Positions 8,666-17,709 of a stretch of DNA of 64,000 bases are shown one piece after another (within the stretch, counting starts at the first letter, position 1; every line of letters starts with the position of its first letter). Made by a program: the position numbers and the translations under genes. The DNA comes from a virus, in IMG/VR virus record IMGVR_UViG_3300031576_000031, positions 1,014 to 65,013 of that record, one strand, 5' to 3'. The notes under the pieces were generated by a model. The model was not told the DNA's origin. It did no database searches and was given only the letters and a program-made list of their open reading frames with translations.

Positions 8666-8679
8666 GAAGGAGATTGACC

Positions 8680-8865
8680 ATGGAAGGTAAGAACCTGATC
8701 ACGTTCTGCCCAAAGCAGATGAAGTTGGCCGTAGAGTACTACCTCAAGACCGTGCTCATGACGCCGGAGGCGATGAAGGACGTTTTCGTGACCGACGTCC
8801 AGCAGGAGGGGGAGGAATTCATCGTGACCACGGAGTGGATTGAGAAGAAGGTTTTGCAGCCATGA
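8680..8865 (+). CDS. Hypothetical protein (GC insert)
   Basis: AAGGAG RBS before ATG 8680. Confidence 0.6.
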   Translation: MEGKNLITFCPKQMKLAVEYYLKTVLMTPEAMKDVFVTDVQQEGEEFIVTTEWIEKKVLQP

Positions 8866-9052
8866 CCGGCACGAACGACGAAGTCTGGGAAGCAGCCATG
8901 GGCGGGGACGACCTGCTGGTGCACAGTCAACGTGCCGAATGGCCACGACTTGATCTGCCTCCGCAACCGTGAGCTGGTGAGTGAGGGATAATGGTGAAAA
9001 TGGTACATAATTATATACGATAATATATCATAAAATATAGTTCTGCAACATA

Positions 9053-9517
9053 ATGAGTACTAAATTAAATGATCCAGTTTGGAATAAAAAACATAGTATG
9101 ATGGTAGAGAGAGATAATCGTTCTCCAGAACAAAAAGCCAAAGATGAAAAGATTGCGAATGAGGTAGAGTCAGAGATTTCTCATAATCCAAATCAACTTT
9201 ACGACATGAACTATACCAATCTGGTAGATAAGAATAAATGTCCTGCATTATATCGCTCACTTGAGCGATGGCTCATTTCCGAGAGGGAGAAACTTGAGAA
9301 ATGGAAGAAACATTATGAATCTATGCGAGAGGGTAATTTCGATAAAGCCAGTAAGATATACCGAGATATTATGGGAATCTTCGGTGAACCAATGACGGAG
9401 GATGTCAAACAGCGATTGAGAGAATGGAATGAAGAACATAAAGAAGAGATCAAACTCAAGAATAAAATGCGACGTGAGATAAAGGCCAGATATAAACAGA
9501 AGAAAAAGAGGAAATAG
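9053..9517 (+). CDS. Hypothetical protein, charged and helical
   Basis: 154-aa ORF after an AT-rich spacer. Confidence 0.7.
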   Translation: MSTKLNDPVWNKKHSMMVERDNRSPEQKAKDEKIANEVESEISHNPNQLYDMNYTNLVDKNKCPALYRSLERWLISEREKLEKWKKHYESMREGNFDKASKIYRDIMGIFGEPMTEDVKQRLREWNEEHKEEIKLKNKMRREIKARYKQKKKRK

Positions 9518-9526
9518 GGAGGCATT

Positions 9527-9688
9527 ATGGATCGTCAATTTGCGAATGATATTGAGTGGAATATAAATCAATTCATATCTGTGGGGATCTCTTTTGTTGT
9601 TATATGTCTCGGAGCCTTTGTAATAACTTGGGGCCTGTGCCGTCTAATAGATAGGCTTACCAGCAGAAAGGAGAAAAATAGTGATTGA
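9527..9688 (+). CDS. Small membrane protein
   Basis: Hand-translated 53 aa with one hydrophobic segment; GGAGG RBS. Confidence 0.55.
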   Translation: MDRQFANDIEWNINQFISVGISFVVICLGAFVITWGLCRLIDRLTSRKEKNSD

Positions 9689-10058
9689 ACTTGATGCCTT
9701 TATTACCTACGACCCTGAGACCGGCGAGATTACAAGTAAAGAGGCAATGTCCTTTAGGTTATGTTATAATGAGAAACCAAGAGTCTTCGCTATTGAATTT
9801 TTAGATCCATCTATTCACAAGTATATTCATGTTGAACTTGATACGCTTGAAAAGATCATCAGATCCGAAAAGGCATTGGCTGTAAAACTTTCTAAGAGGT
9901 GTAAAATGTTTGACCATCGCGCCAAGAAGATCCATCTCAAGAAGCTCAAGCGTCTGGCGAAGAGGAAGGCTATTTATTCCAATCGTCGAGAAGGACGTAG
10001 CCATGATGGACTAAAGGAAGAGGAGGCCAACTCTTATCGAAAGAAGCCGGTTAAGTAA
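9681..10058 (+). CDS. Hypothetical protein
   Basis: 125 aa, AAGGAG RBS. Confidence 0.65.
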   Translation: MIELDAFITYDPETGEITSKEAMSFRLCYNEKPRVFAIEFLDPSIHKYIHVELDTLEKIIRSEKALAVKLSKRCKMFDHRAKKIHLKKLKRLAKRKAIYSNRREGRSHDGLKEEEANSYRKKPVK

Positions 10059-10059
10059 A

Positions 10060-10233
10060 ATGCTTGATGATAAGATTGATATCGGTGGTCTGATGAGATG
10101 TTGCGTCCAGACCATCTCTGATTTTCCGACAATGGGTATAGAGAACGATTCCATTGTATGCCAATGGTGCAAGGATGTTTTGATATTTAAGAATAGACGA
10201 TGGATTTGGCAAGGAGATCGATATGAAGACTAA
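10060..10233 (+). CDS. Small Cys-containing hypothetical protein
   Basis: Hand-translated 57 aa (GGLMRCC...CQWC) filling the gap between neighbours. Confidence 0.55.
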   Translation: MLDDKIDIGGLMRCCVQTISDFPTMGIENDSIVCQWCKDVLIFKNRRWIWQGDRYED

Positions 10234-10501
10234 GAGTGAGGTTCTTGTTGTGACGTTCTCTGACGGGTCAAAGTATGAGATCCTCACTGACGTCATTCGG
10301 CAGAATAGAGCGCAATATTATGCAGAAGTAGACGGGATACCTTATGAGGAGGCTCTGGGAGAGCGTCTTAGTGAGGATGACATTCTGGATTGGGTAAATA
10401 TTAATATGAGTTGGAATGATGTAGCCCACAACGCGACTTTAGTTAAACAAATCGCAAACTTTGAAAAAGAATGGTGTAATGCCGAGAAGAAGATTAAATA
10501 G
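10223..10501 (+). CDS. Hypothetical protein
   Basis: 92 aa, AAGGAG RBS. Confidence 0.7.
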   Translation: MKTKSEVLVVTFSDGSKYEILTDVIRQNRAQYYAEVDGIPYEEALGERLSEDDILDWVNINMSWNDVAHNATLVKQIANFEKEWCNAEKKIK

Positions 10502-10515
10502 TAGTAAATCCTCCT

Positions 10516-11331
10516 ATGGGAAATGAAATATTAATATTAATAGCAACAAATGATTTATATCTCAAAGCATTCGGACAGGTTTGGTGGTCCTGCTTCAAAT
10601 ATTACTGGCCGGATAGTAATTGCCCAGTTATGTTTGTTACTCCAAAAGATAATCCATATCCCGAACTCCCATGTTACGTAATCGGAGAGAATAGGGGCTG
10701 GAACAGAAATTTGCTCGATTCCTTGACCTTCTGCGAGAAGACATATAATCCATCAGCGGTTATTCTTTTACACGAAGATTATCTTATAGGTCCGCAGAAG
10801 AGGTCAAGCTATTTCAACGATAATCTGAACAGATGTCAACAAATTCTCAATGAGAACAAAGATATTCAAACAATAGGTCTCATACACAAGGACCCTGAGA
10901 CTCATCCGTATCAAAATTGGCCTGAGATGCTTGGATATCATGATGTAGAAACGTTGGGTATTCTTCCCGTTGATGTTGGCGGAGTGAGTTTGTGGCGGGC
11001 GTCTTCTTTAAGAAAACACATTGAAAGAGTAATATCGATTGTCCCACAAGAGCGCGATATGGGCAGGAACGGCGCGGCGGAATTCTCGTATTATGGTTCC
11101 TTATGGTCAAGGGAAGAAAAACAAATTCATCTAAGAGTGAAGCGCGGCATAGCGTATTGTGATGGGCTATTGAATATTCTCTATGGCGTAACAATAGAGC
11201 TTGGGAGATTGAGAATTACTGATGCCCAACATTTAATAGAAGTAGAACGCGCTCTTGGTAAGGGACTGGGGCAGATATCAACAATAGACTCTATAACCAG
11301 TTCCCCAGAAACCCTTCTTAATAAGAATTAG
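10516..11331 (+). CDS. Glycosyltransferase-like (GT-A fold) protein; paralog of 48354..49079
   Basis: Shared motifs FKYYWPD / GW.RNL / ILLHEDY versus FKKFWPD / GWAGNL / LLMQDDF. Confidence 0.6.
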   Translation: MGNEILILIATNDLYLKAFGQVWWSCFKYYWPDSNCPVMFVTPKDNPYPELPCYVIGENRGWNRNLLDSLTFCEKTYNPSAVILLHEDYLIGPQKRSSYFNDNLNRCQQILNENKDIQTIGLIHKDPETHPYQNWPEMLGYHDVETLGILPVDVGGVSLWRASSLRKHIERVISIVPQERDMGRNGAAEFSYYGSLWSREEKQIHLRVKRGIAYCDGLLNILYGVTIELGRLRITDAQHLIEVERALGKGLGQISTIDSITSSPETLLNKN

Positions 11332-11340
11332 GTTGATACC

Positions 11341-11610
11341 ATGACTGATTCATATCGCAAAAGAGAGAATGCTGGGCCGCCTCATAAGGAGATTAAACTT
11401 GAGGAGGCAAAGAGCAAATGGGGTAATAAAATAAAGCCGAATAAGAAAACTCCCAAAGAATTTCGAATACAGTGTAGGAGGTGTGGGTATTTAATGGGCA
11501 CAATCGTTGTAACGGAACGATGGAGCCGAGAGTATATAATAGCGTTGTCAAAGAAGTTCGGGACAAAGTGGCCCATTTGTAAAGGTTGCAAGGAGAAGAA
11601 AAATGACTGA
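11341..11610 (+). CDS. Hypothetical protein with CxxC motifs
   Basis: CRRC and CKGC. Confidence 0.6.
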   Translation: MTDSYRKRENAGPPHKEIKLEEAKSKWGNKIKPNKKTPKEFRIQCRRCGYLMGTIVVTERWSREYIIALSKKFGTKWPICKGCKEKKND

Positions 11611-12568
11611 ATTTGTAGTGGAAGTGGTTAAGATCGGTGCGATTGAGAAACATCCCAATGCGGATACGCTTTCCGTGACGAAGATTGGAGAATATCCAAT
11701 TATTATCCGTTCAACCGATTTCAAGGAGGGTGATCTGGCAATATATGTTCCGGTTGATGCCGTTGTACCTCTTGAGCATCCCCCTTTCTCTTTCTTGAAG
11801 AAGCCTAGAATTAAGGCTATGAAGCTGCGTGGCGTATTCTCAATGGGGCTCCTCCTTCCTATCAGCGAAGGAATGATTGAGGGTCAGAATGTTGCGGAGA
11901 CACTCGGAATCAAGAAGTATGAGGAGCCACTTGAAGAGGAGAAGCTCTCTACTGGCGGAGATTGTGAACATTGCCCATTTGAATTCCCGAGGTTTACAGA
12001 TATTGAATCTTATCGTCGTTATCCTACGATCTTGATTGATGGTGAGGATGTGGTTCTGACGGAGAAGGTTCATGGGACCAACTCCCGTTTTGTTTATACC
12101 CAAAATAGGCTTTGGGTTGGAAGTCATAATCAGATCAAGAAGCGCGAATTGAATAGTATCTGGTGGAAGACGGCGGAGAGGTATGAACTCGAAAAGAAAC
12201 TCGCCAACGCGCCCGATATTGTTCTATTCGGCGAGATATTTGGTTGGGTTCAAAGCCTTCGTTATGGGCATGAGAGAGGCGCGGCTAGCCTTCTCTTCTT
12301 CGACGCACTTGATCTTAGGCAAATGAGATATCTTGACCATGATGATTTTCTTGCGGTCCTTCGGCGAGTGGAGCTTCAGCCAGTACCAGAATTCTATCGT
12401 GGGCCTTATAACAAGGACCTTCTGAAATTGGCAGAGGGTAACTCTATAATTGCTGGCGCTTCTAATGTGAGGGAAGGTATCGTTATCAAGCCTACCATCC
12501 GCCGGTACGATGATCGGGTCGGCAGGGTTATTATTAAGCATATCGGAGAAGGATATCTTTTGAAGTAG
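11603..12568 (+). CDS. RNA ligase (Rnl2/DRB0094-like) with N-terminal OB-like domain
   Basis: N-terminal HPNADTL; motif I TEKVHGTN, FGE, REGIVIKP, C-terminal IIKH. Confidence 0.88.
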   Translation: MTEFVVEVVKIGAIEKHPNADTLSVTKIGEYPIIIRSTDFKEGDLAIYVPVDAVVPLEHPPFSFLKKPRIKAMKLRGVFSMGLLLPISEGMIEGQNVAETLGIKKYEEPLEEEKLSTGGDCEHCPFEFPRFTDIESYRRYPTILIDGEDVVLTEKVHGTNSRFVYTQNRLWVGSHNQIKKRELNSIWWKTAERYELEKKLANAPDIVLFGEIFGWVQSLRYGHERGAASLLFFDALDLRQMRYLDHDDFLAVLRRVELQPVPEFYRGPYNKDLLKLAEGNSIIAGASNVREGIVIKPTIRRYDDRVGRVIIKHIGEGYLLK

Positions 12569-12576
12569 AGGATAAT

Positions 12577-12813
12577 ATGAATAAGCTAGAAAAGAAACAG
12601 AAGGAATTCGACAGGCTTAAAATGGAACTTATGGGTTTACAAAAAGAGCATCAAGACAAATGCGAGAAACCAAAGTTTGAGAAATATATAGGAACCTATT
12701 GGAAATTTAAGAACTATTACTCATGCCCAGAAAAAGAATCTGACTATTGGTGGCTCTATCGCTATCTCAAGCGCTTGGCGTCTGACAGGTTCTTATTGGT
12801 AGAGAATAATTAG
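12577..12813 (+). CDS. Hypothetical protein
   Basis: 78 aa, GAGG RBS. Confidence 0.6.
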   Translation: MNKLEKKQKEFDRLKMELMGLQKEHQDKCEKPKFEKYIGTYWKFKNYYSCPEKESDYWWLYRYLKRLASDRFLLVENN

Positions 12814-12827
12814 AGAATTGGTGAATA

Positions 12828-13046
12828 ATGGTACTAGACAGGCCGTGTGATAAGAAACATGACTTCAATAAAAACTATCTTGATAGTGGTCAATGTGCAA
12901 TTCCATACCGCTATTGGTCGGAATCTCATTGCCTACGATGCGGATTCTATATCGTAGAATGTGGATGTCATTTTTGCGATAGTGTTGGTAAGATATCCTG
13001 GAAGACGTTTAGGAAGAATATGAGGAAGACGGGATTAAACATATGA
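12828..13046 (+). CDS. Cys-rich hypothetical protein
   Basis: HCLRCG and ECGCHFC. Confidence 0.55.
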   Translation: MVLDRPCDKKHDFNKNYLDSGQCAIPYRYWSESHCLRCGFYIVECGCHFCDSVGKISWKTFRKNMRKTGLNI

Positions 13047-13360
13047 TATCTGCAATCTTTATTGATGGCCCCTTGGCTGGTGAGACGATGGGACTCTCGG
13101 GCCCAATTCCCATTCTCAAAATTCCTCTTCCACCAAGGAAGACAATTTTTGGGTGTAATCCTGATCTAAAAGAAGCCCCCTATTCGTCCCTTTCTGTATT
13201 TGAATATTATCTTGCTGCCAAAGGATCAAAAGTGGCTATCTATTCCAAAAATAATTCGGATGAGACAATCATTCGCGCATTGAGGGAATGGATAATAACC
13301 GATCTATCTGATACAGATAGAATAATAAATTATTGTAGAGATAAGATAGCCTATCAATAA
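13043..13360 (+). CDS. Hypothetical protein
   Basis: 105 aa, ATGA overlap. Confidence 0.6.
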   Translation: MISAIFIDGPLAGETMGLSGPIPILKIPLPPRKTIFGCNPDLKEAPYSSLSVFEYYLAAKGSKVAIYSKNNSDETIIRALREWIITDLSDTDRIINYCRDKIAYQ

Positions 13361-13400
13361 TTTTTGCGCAGGAACTATGGCTTCGAAAAGGTACTTGATT

Positions 13401-14069
13401 ATGACAGAAAAACAGGATATCGGGTTGGTATTTAATTCCAGATTCCAAGACCTCGGTTCCTTTGTCGCCAATTATTCAGATGATGTGGTTAAAAAAGAGC
13501 CACAACTATTTAGTTAGAGCTATCATTATGCATTAGAACATGGTGGGAGCATAACGAAGAACTTCCTAGCTAATATCCCCGAGAACTGGAAAACCAATGA
13601 TATTATTATAGACAGCCGTGTTCATATGCTGATGACTGGGTGGTACCCTTGCATCCCGGGATGGCACTTGGATGATATTCCGAGAACCAGGAAGGATGGT
13701 CAGCCAGATCACAGGAGTCCAATATACAAAGCAGATCATGTGATGGGGATAGTCGGAGAAGTAAGTAAGACAGAATTTGTCTTTGGGAAGTTAAGACTTT
13801 ATGACGTACCAGAAGGTAAAGGAACTATATATGAAATCTGGAACAAAGAAATCGATCTCCTGCTCAAGAGGGGTCGGATAAAAATCAGAGCAGTTGAGCC
13901 CGGAAGAGTAATATACTTCGATCACGAATGTTTTCATAGAGGTACGCCAACAACTAGGCCGGGCTGGAGATGGTTCATTAGGATCACAAGGAATTCTCAA
14001 AGGAAGTTTCTGAATGAAGTAAGAACCCAAACTCAAGTATATCTTACAGCCCCGTTTGATGGATGGTAG
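13401..14069 (+). pseudogene. 2OG-Fe(II) oxygenase-like gene interrupted by an in-frame TAG at 13515-13517
   Basis: ATG 13401 is in frame with track ORF 13626..14069; only one stop intervenes (KEPQLFS*SYHYALEHGG). Downstream HLD...H...R pattern (GWHLDD, FHRG, RWFIR). Confidence 0.7.
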
Positions 14070-14073
14070 AATT

Positions 14074-14319
14074 ATGGCTAAATTCAAAAGAGTAATTGAG
14101 ATCGATACCACAAAAGAAGGGGAATATAAAAAGGAAATCATTCTTCAGGTCGTTCCTACTGGGAAATGGTTATGGATTCGTAAGATTCCGGAATTGGATA
14201 CAAGTCGGGCTGATGGGTATACATTTAGCCCTCGGAAAGGTGGAACAAAAGTGAGACTGACTCAGGATCATATCTTGGACCTGATTGATGCGCTTGAGGC
14301 GCTAAGGGATGAAGAATGA
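14074..14319 (+). CDS. Hypothetical protein
   Basis: Track ORF 14056..14319 with start moved after the upstream stop. Confidence 0.6.
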   Translation: MAKFKRVIEIDTTKEGEYKKEIILQVVPTGKWLWIRKIPELDTSRADGYTFSPRKGGTKVRLTQDHILDLIDALEALRDEE

Positions 14320-14942
14320 CAAACTTGATTCTGATTGGTAGAACGAGATTTCCAGAATCGTCAGGACTGAGGATTAACATGATGCCATTTATCATAGGCG
14401 ATAATAACTCCATACCTCAAGAATATAGGCAATATTGTTCTATGATTCAAGATTGTGGAGTTGAAACAGGGGAGCTTGGTAAGACTGGGTACCTCTCAAT
14501 ACAAGAATCTGTAGTAGAGGCAAACAAATACCAAAGACGGCCGGGAATACATACCGACGGTCACGGCGTTATAGGATGGGGATGGGGGAGGGGTGAGATC
14601 CCAAATGGGAAGAGAATAAGAGGTCTTTATATTGCATCCTCGGTAGAAAATTCATGTAGGGCGTGGGATATAGAAATCAATACCCCAGGTCCGATGGGAG
14701 ACTGTGAGAGGTATAGAACTGAACTTGAGGAAGAAGAGGATATTGTAATGAGGTCCCATTATATCTATTGGCTGACCGATAGGTGTCCTCATGAGTCCTT
14801 ACCAATGAAGAAGAGAGAGAATAGACAATGGTTCAGATTGGTAACGAGTGCAGTTGATATATGGTATCAGGATCATTCAACAAAGAATAGACTGGGGATA
14901 AAGCCAGACTGTGAGGTAATCAGTGGGAATAAATTCTCCTAG
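14316..14942 (+). CDS. 2OG-Fe(II) oxygenase-like protein
   Basis: HxD (GIHTDG), distal H (PHESLP) and RQWFRL. Confidence 0.65.
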   Translation: MTNLILIGRTRFPESSGLRINMMPFIIGDNNSIPQEYRQYCSMIQDCGVETGELGKTGYLSIQESVVEANKYQRRPGIHTDGHGVIGWGWGRGEIPNGKRIRGLYIASSVENSCRAWDIEINTPGPMGDCERYRTELEEEEDIVMRSHYIYWLTDRCPHESLPMKKRENRQWFRLVTSAVDIWYQDHSTKNRLGIKPDCEVISGNKFS

Positions 14943-15074
14943 AACTAAACTATATCTCAAGAAGAAATGAGTATAAGTCCTTGTTATATAATGACTTACC
15001 CTGAATTATAGTAGAGATGTGAGGTTAGTACCGCCCTTACTACGTTCCCCAGTTGCAAAAATGAGACCCAGACT

Positions 15075-15582
15075 ACTACCCTATCTCCTATTTACCACAC
15101 CACTATTGGCATGGAATTTGCACCTAGCAATCCTTATGCCATACCTAAACCCCCTACAATTCGATTTAAGCCATTTTAAGGCTTCACCCCCTATCTAACT
15201 ACCCTTTCCCTACCAAAATGGCTAGAATCGCCTCCCAAGCGGTCCTATGGCCATTGTGGTTGGGCGTGACAGTACGCAAACGACGGGGATATGAGGAAGC
15301 ATAGAGTATTACCCAAAGGTAACATAGGCTAGCAAGTATACCTAAAGATATAGTTATCATAGGGTTACTCCGTATCCAATGTATCATCATGCATTACAAG
15401 GGCTAGCATACCCTTGCGGAGTAAATCCACCAAGGGAGATTCCGGGTCTAGTTCCCTAAGCCGTAGGGCTAACTGGAGAAGGCGAGAGTCCAAATCAGGG
15501 ACGTCTGAGGGGGAGTGTCTCATTCTCTACCGTCCTTTCTGTCAATTGTGTTCATCACACTAGTAAGACTACCCTATCCCTA
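15075..15582. repeat. Three dispersed degenerate copies of ACTACCCTWT(CT/C)CCTA
   Basis: Copies at 15075-15090, 15198-15212 and 15568-15582 in a largely non-coding kilobase. Confidence 0.55.
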
Positions 15583-15955
15583 TCATCATTACAAGGAAAA
15601 TCGTCAAGAAAATCGTATGGAGCCGTAATGGGTTAGCCCTTGTATATGGGATACCTTATGGGTAAAAGTTTATAATGTCAAAACGCGGGACCTTTTACTG
15701 CTAAATGGTTTTGGGGATTTTGGGTCTAGTTCAATCATTTTATGGGTGGTCCAGCACTGCGCACCAAGCCATTAAAGATTCTGAAGGGAGATAGCAATAG
15801 CAATCCCATTATTGCTATGAACCCTAGACCAGGGCACAGGAGTAGGAGAGCAGTAGTGGCGAGGAGGAGTTTAGGAGTGGACATATGTTACTTTCTTTAT
15901 ACATACATACATGCTAGACTGTCTAAAGTAGGGGTAAACCCCCCCTAGCTTGATT

Positions 15956-16639
15956 TCAAGGCGATTTCTCTTCCTCCCCTTGCTTCCCCAACCCCATAGC
16001 CAAATCCCTTTCCAAGTACTTCTTTTGCGCCACAGTTAGCGATCTAGCCCCATGGTAGGCTAGCCCTATCCTAGTCAAACCCTCCAGGGCAGGCCTATCC
16101 GATAGAGTACCATTGATGTATCCCTCAGTCCTAAGTGCTTCGATATCGGGAAATACTCTTGCGTGACTCCGGGAGGAATCAATCAGAGAATCCCAAATCC
16201 CCCCCATACTTTGCGTAATGGAGAAATTTCCCGGTAGTCTATCAAAGCAAAGTTTAAGTGATTTAGTGTAGGCGTAGAATCGAATTCTTGGTAGGGTACT
16301 TGCGACGTACACCCACGCATCAAGGTATTCTTGACTAAAAAAGTCCCCGGAATCATGTATCCGTACAATGGATACTTTCCTCATTGCTTGTAGGTCCGCT
16401 ATAGCATATTGCGCGAACCTAACCGGACTATCCTTAGCAATCGCAAGGTTGAATTCCCTTGATGCTTTGACATTTGGCATAACGTATCGGCCTTGACGGG
16501 CGTAGCAGTATCCCGCACAGGCCCCGGCCCCGGGACACGTCACAAATCCATCGGAGGAACGGTAGGCCGGGATTCCGAATGATACGCTTCGGGCCATCTT
16601 GCTAACCTTGATATTGTCCCTACTCCATTTCAGATACAT
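15956..16639 (-). CDS. GP88-like (radical-SAM-like) phage protein
   Basis: TCPGAGACAGYCYA Cys cluster and VRIHDSGDFFS motif. Confidence 0.75.
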   Translation of the reverse strand: MYLKWSRDNIKVSKMARSVSFGIPAYRSSDGFVTCPGAGACAGYCYARQGRYVMPNVKASREFNLAIAKDSPVRFAQYAIADLQAMRKVSIVRIHDSGDFFSQEYLDAWVYVASTLPRIRFYAYTKSLKLCFDRLPGNFSITQSMGGIWDSLIDSSRSHARVFPDIEALRTEGYINGTLSDRPALEGLTRIGLAYHGARSLTVAQKKYLERDLAMGLGKQGEEEKSP

Positions 16640-16775
16640 TTAGCACCTTGCTTTCAATCTTACCCGTTCCCCTGCACGTTTGGCATTCAAGGATACGTAG
16701 GTTCCATTTCTTTAGTGGGTCCGGGCGGAGAATAATCCCGCAACCGTTGCAGTCTGGACATTTCCCTTTTGACAT
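16620..16775 (-). CDS. Small zinc-finger protein with DnaJ-type CxxCxGxG repeats
   Basis: Hand-translated 51 aa: MSKGKCPDCNGCG...CQTCRGTGK. Confidence 0.65.
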   Translation of the reverse strand: MSKGKCPDCNGCGIILRPDPLKKWNLRILECQTCRGTGKIESKVLNVSEME

Positions 16776-16787
16776 ATGATCCTTCCT

Positions 16788-17357
16788 TCAATGTGCGACC
16801 GGAACGTACTCTCCGGCAAGATGCCTCTCAATCAGAGAATCAATACTCTCCAATTGCGTCTTGCGTTCTGCGATTTCTTCCCGGAGTTTTGCTTCGATCT
16901 TCGGACGCAATGCCTTTCTTGCTTCCTCCCGGAGCTTGTCGATAGGTTTCAATCCATCCCCCCAACGTGCAAGAATGAAAGTCTTTCCAGGATTGTATTG
17001 CGAATTATTGACATGGCCCACAAGTACCGGGTCCGGGTCTCGCATACGCTTGTGCCAAACTTCAATCAATCCGCAAAAGTCCCGGGCATGTGAAACGACT
17101 TGCAGAATACGTATCGGGAGAATCCCCCCGGAATACTCGTTAACATTCGTACGGGTAGGGAAAAGCGTAAGATAGATCGCTTGGTCCCCGGCCGTCATTT
17201 CGGGATAGGGGAATCGCTTTCTCTCACCGTCTTTCGGTTCCTGCACAAGCTCCTTTTGTCCCTTCAAATCGAGCTTGTCAATCAAAGCAATCGCTTCCGA
17301 CTCAATCTCCGGAGTGATGGTATCCGTCTCTTCAATCTCGTACGTTTCAATTTCCAT
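16788..17357 (-). CDS. Hypothetical protein
   Basis: 189 aa, AAGGTGAG RBS. Confidence 0.75.
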   Translation of the reverse strand: MEIETYEIEETDTITPEIESEAIALIDKLDLKGQKELVQEPKDGERKRFPYPEMTAGDQAIYLTLFPTRTNVNEYSGGILPIRILQVVSHARDFCGLIEVWHKRMRDPDPVLVGHVNNSQYNPGKTFILARWGDGLKPIDKLREEARKALRPKIEAKLREEIAERKTQLESIDSLIERHLAGEYVPVAH

Positions 17358-17372
17358 ATCTCACCTTAAAAT

Positions 17373-17642
17373 TCATTCGCACGAAGAAAACCGGGCCCAG
17401 GAAACAACGTATAGTTTGTCGCCTAGCGCCATGATAGATGAATCACGCATACCGTACCCGTCAGCGGAACGTCCAATACTCCGGGCTATCTCTGCTATAT
17501 CAATCGACCCGGAGGAAAAGATAGTAGACCCTGCACGGAGGATTACTACTTCCTTGACTTCGTTTTCGGACAAGGGTTCATCGGTATGACAGAGAATTTC
17601 CGAACCGTCCTTTAGTTTTCTCGGATAGGCGGTCCAAGCCAT
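17373..17642 (-). CDS. Hypothetical protein
   Basis: Start set at ATG 17642 after an AAGGGG RBS; part of track ORF 17373..17723. Confidence 0.55.
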   Translation of the reverse strand: MAWTAYPRKLKDGSEILCHTDEPLSENEVKEVVILRAGSTIFSSGSIDIAEIARSIGRSADGYGMRDSSIMALGDKLYVVSWARFSSCE

Positions 17643-17709
17643 ATGATTCCCCCTTAAATGGGGGAGTGTAGCTACAAGCCACACTCCCCGGAACACGGAA
17701 GGGAATTGA

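Larger units (their letters stand above)
7620..8990 (+). other. High-GC insert of small coupled genes
   Basis: Spot count 38/60 G+C at 7861-7920 versus 23/60 at 2401-2460; sharp boundaries on both sides. Confidence 0.75.

Noticed and set aside
7608-8946. Long alternative ORFs in the GC insert (7621..8220, 7730..8329, 8169..8702 and others)
   Set aside because: High GC lowers stop frequency; the plus-strand set with RBS and ATGA overlaps explains the region.
11329-11343. TAG readthrough fusing 10516..11331 to 11341..11610
   Set aside because: In-frame adjacency has a one-in-three prior and the two products look unrelated.
16620-16775. Suspected frameshift in the small zinc-finger gene
   Set aside because: Re-reading across the line break shows three T at 16679-16681, so the frame is intact.
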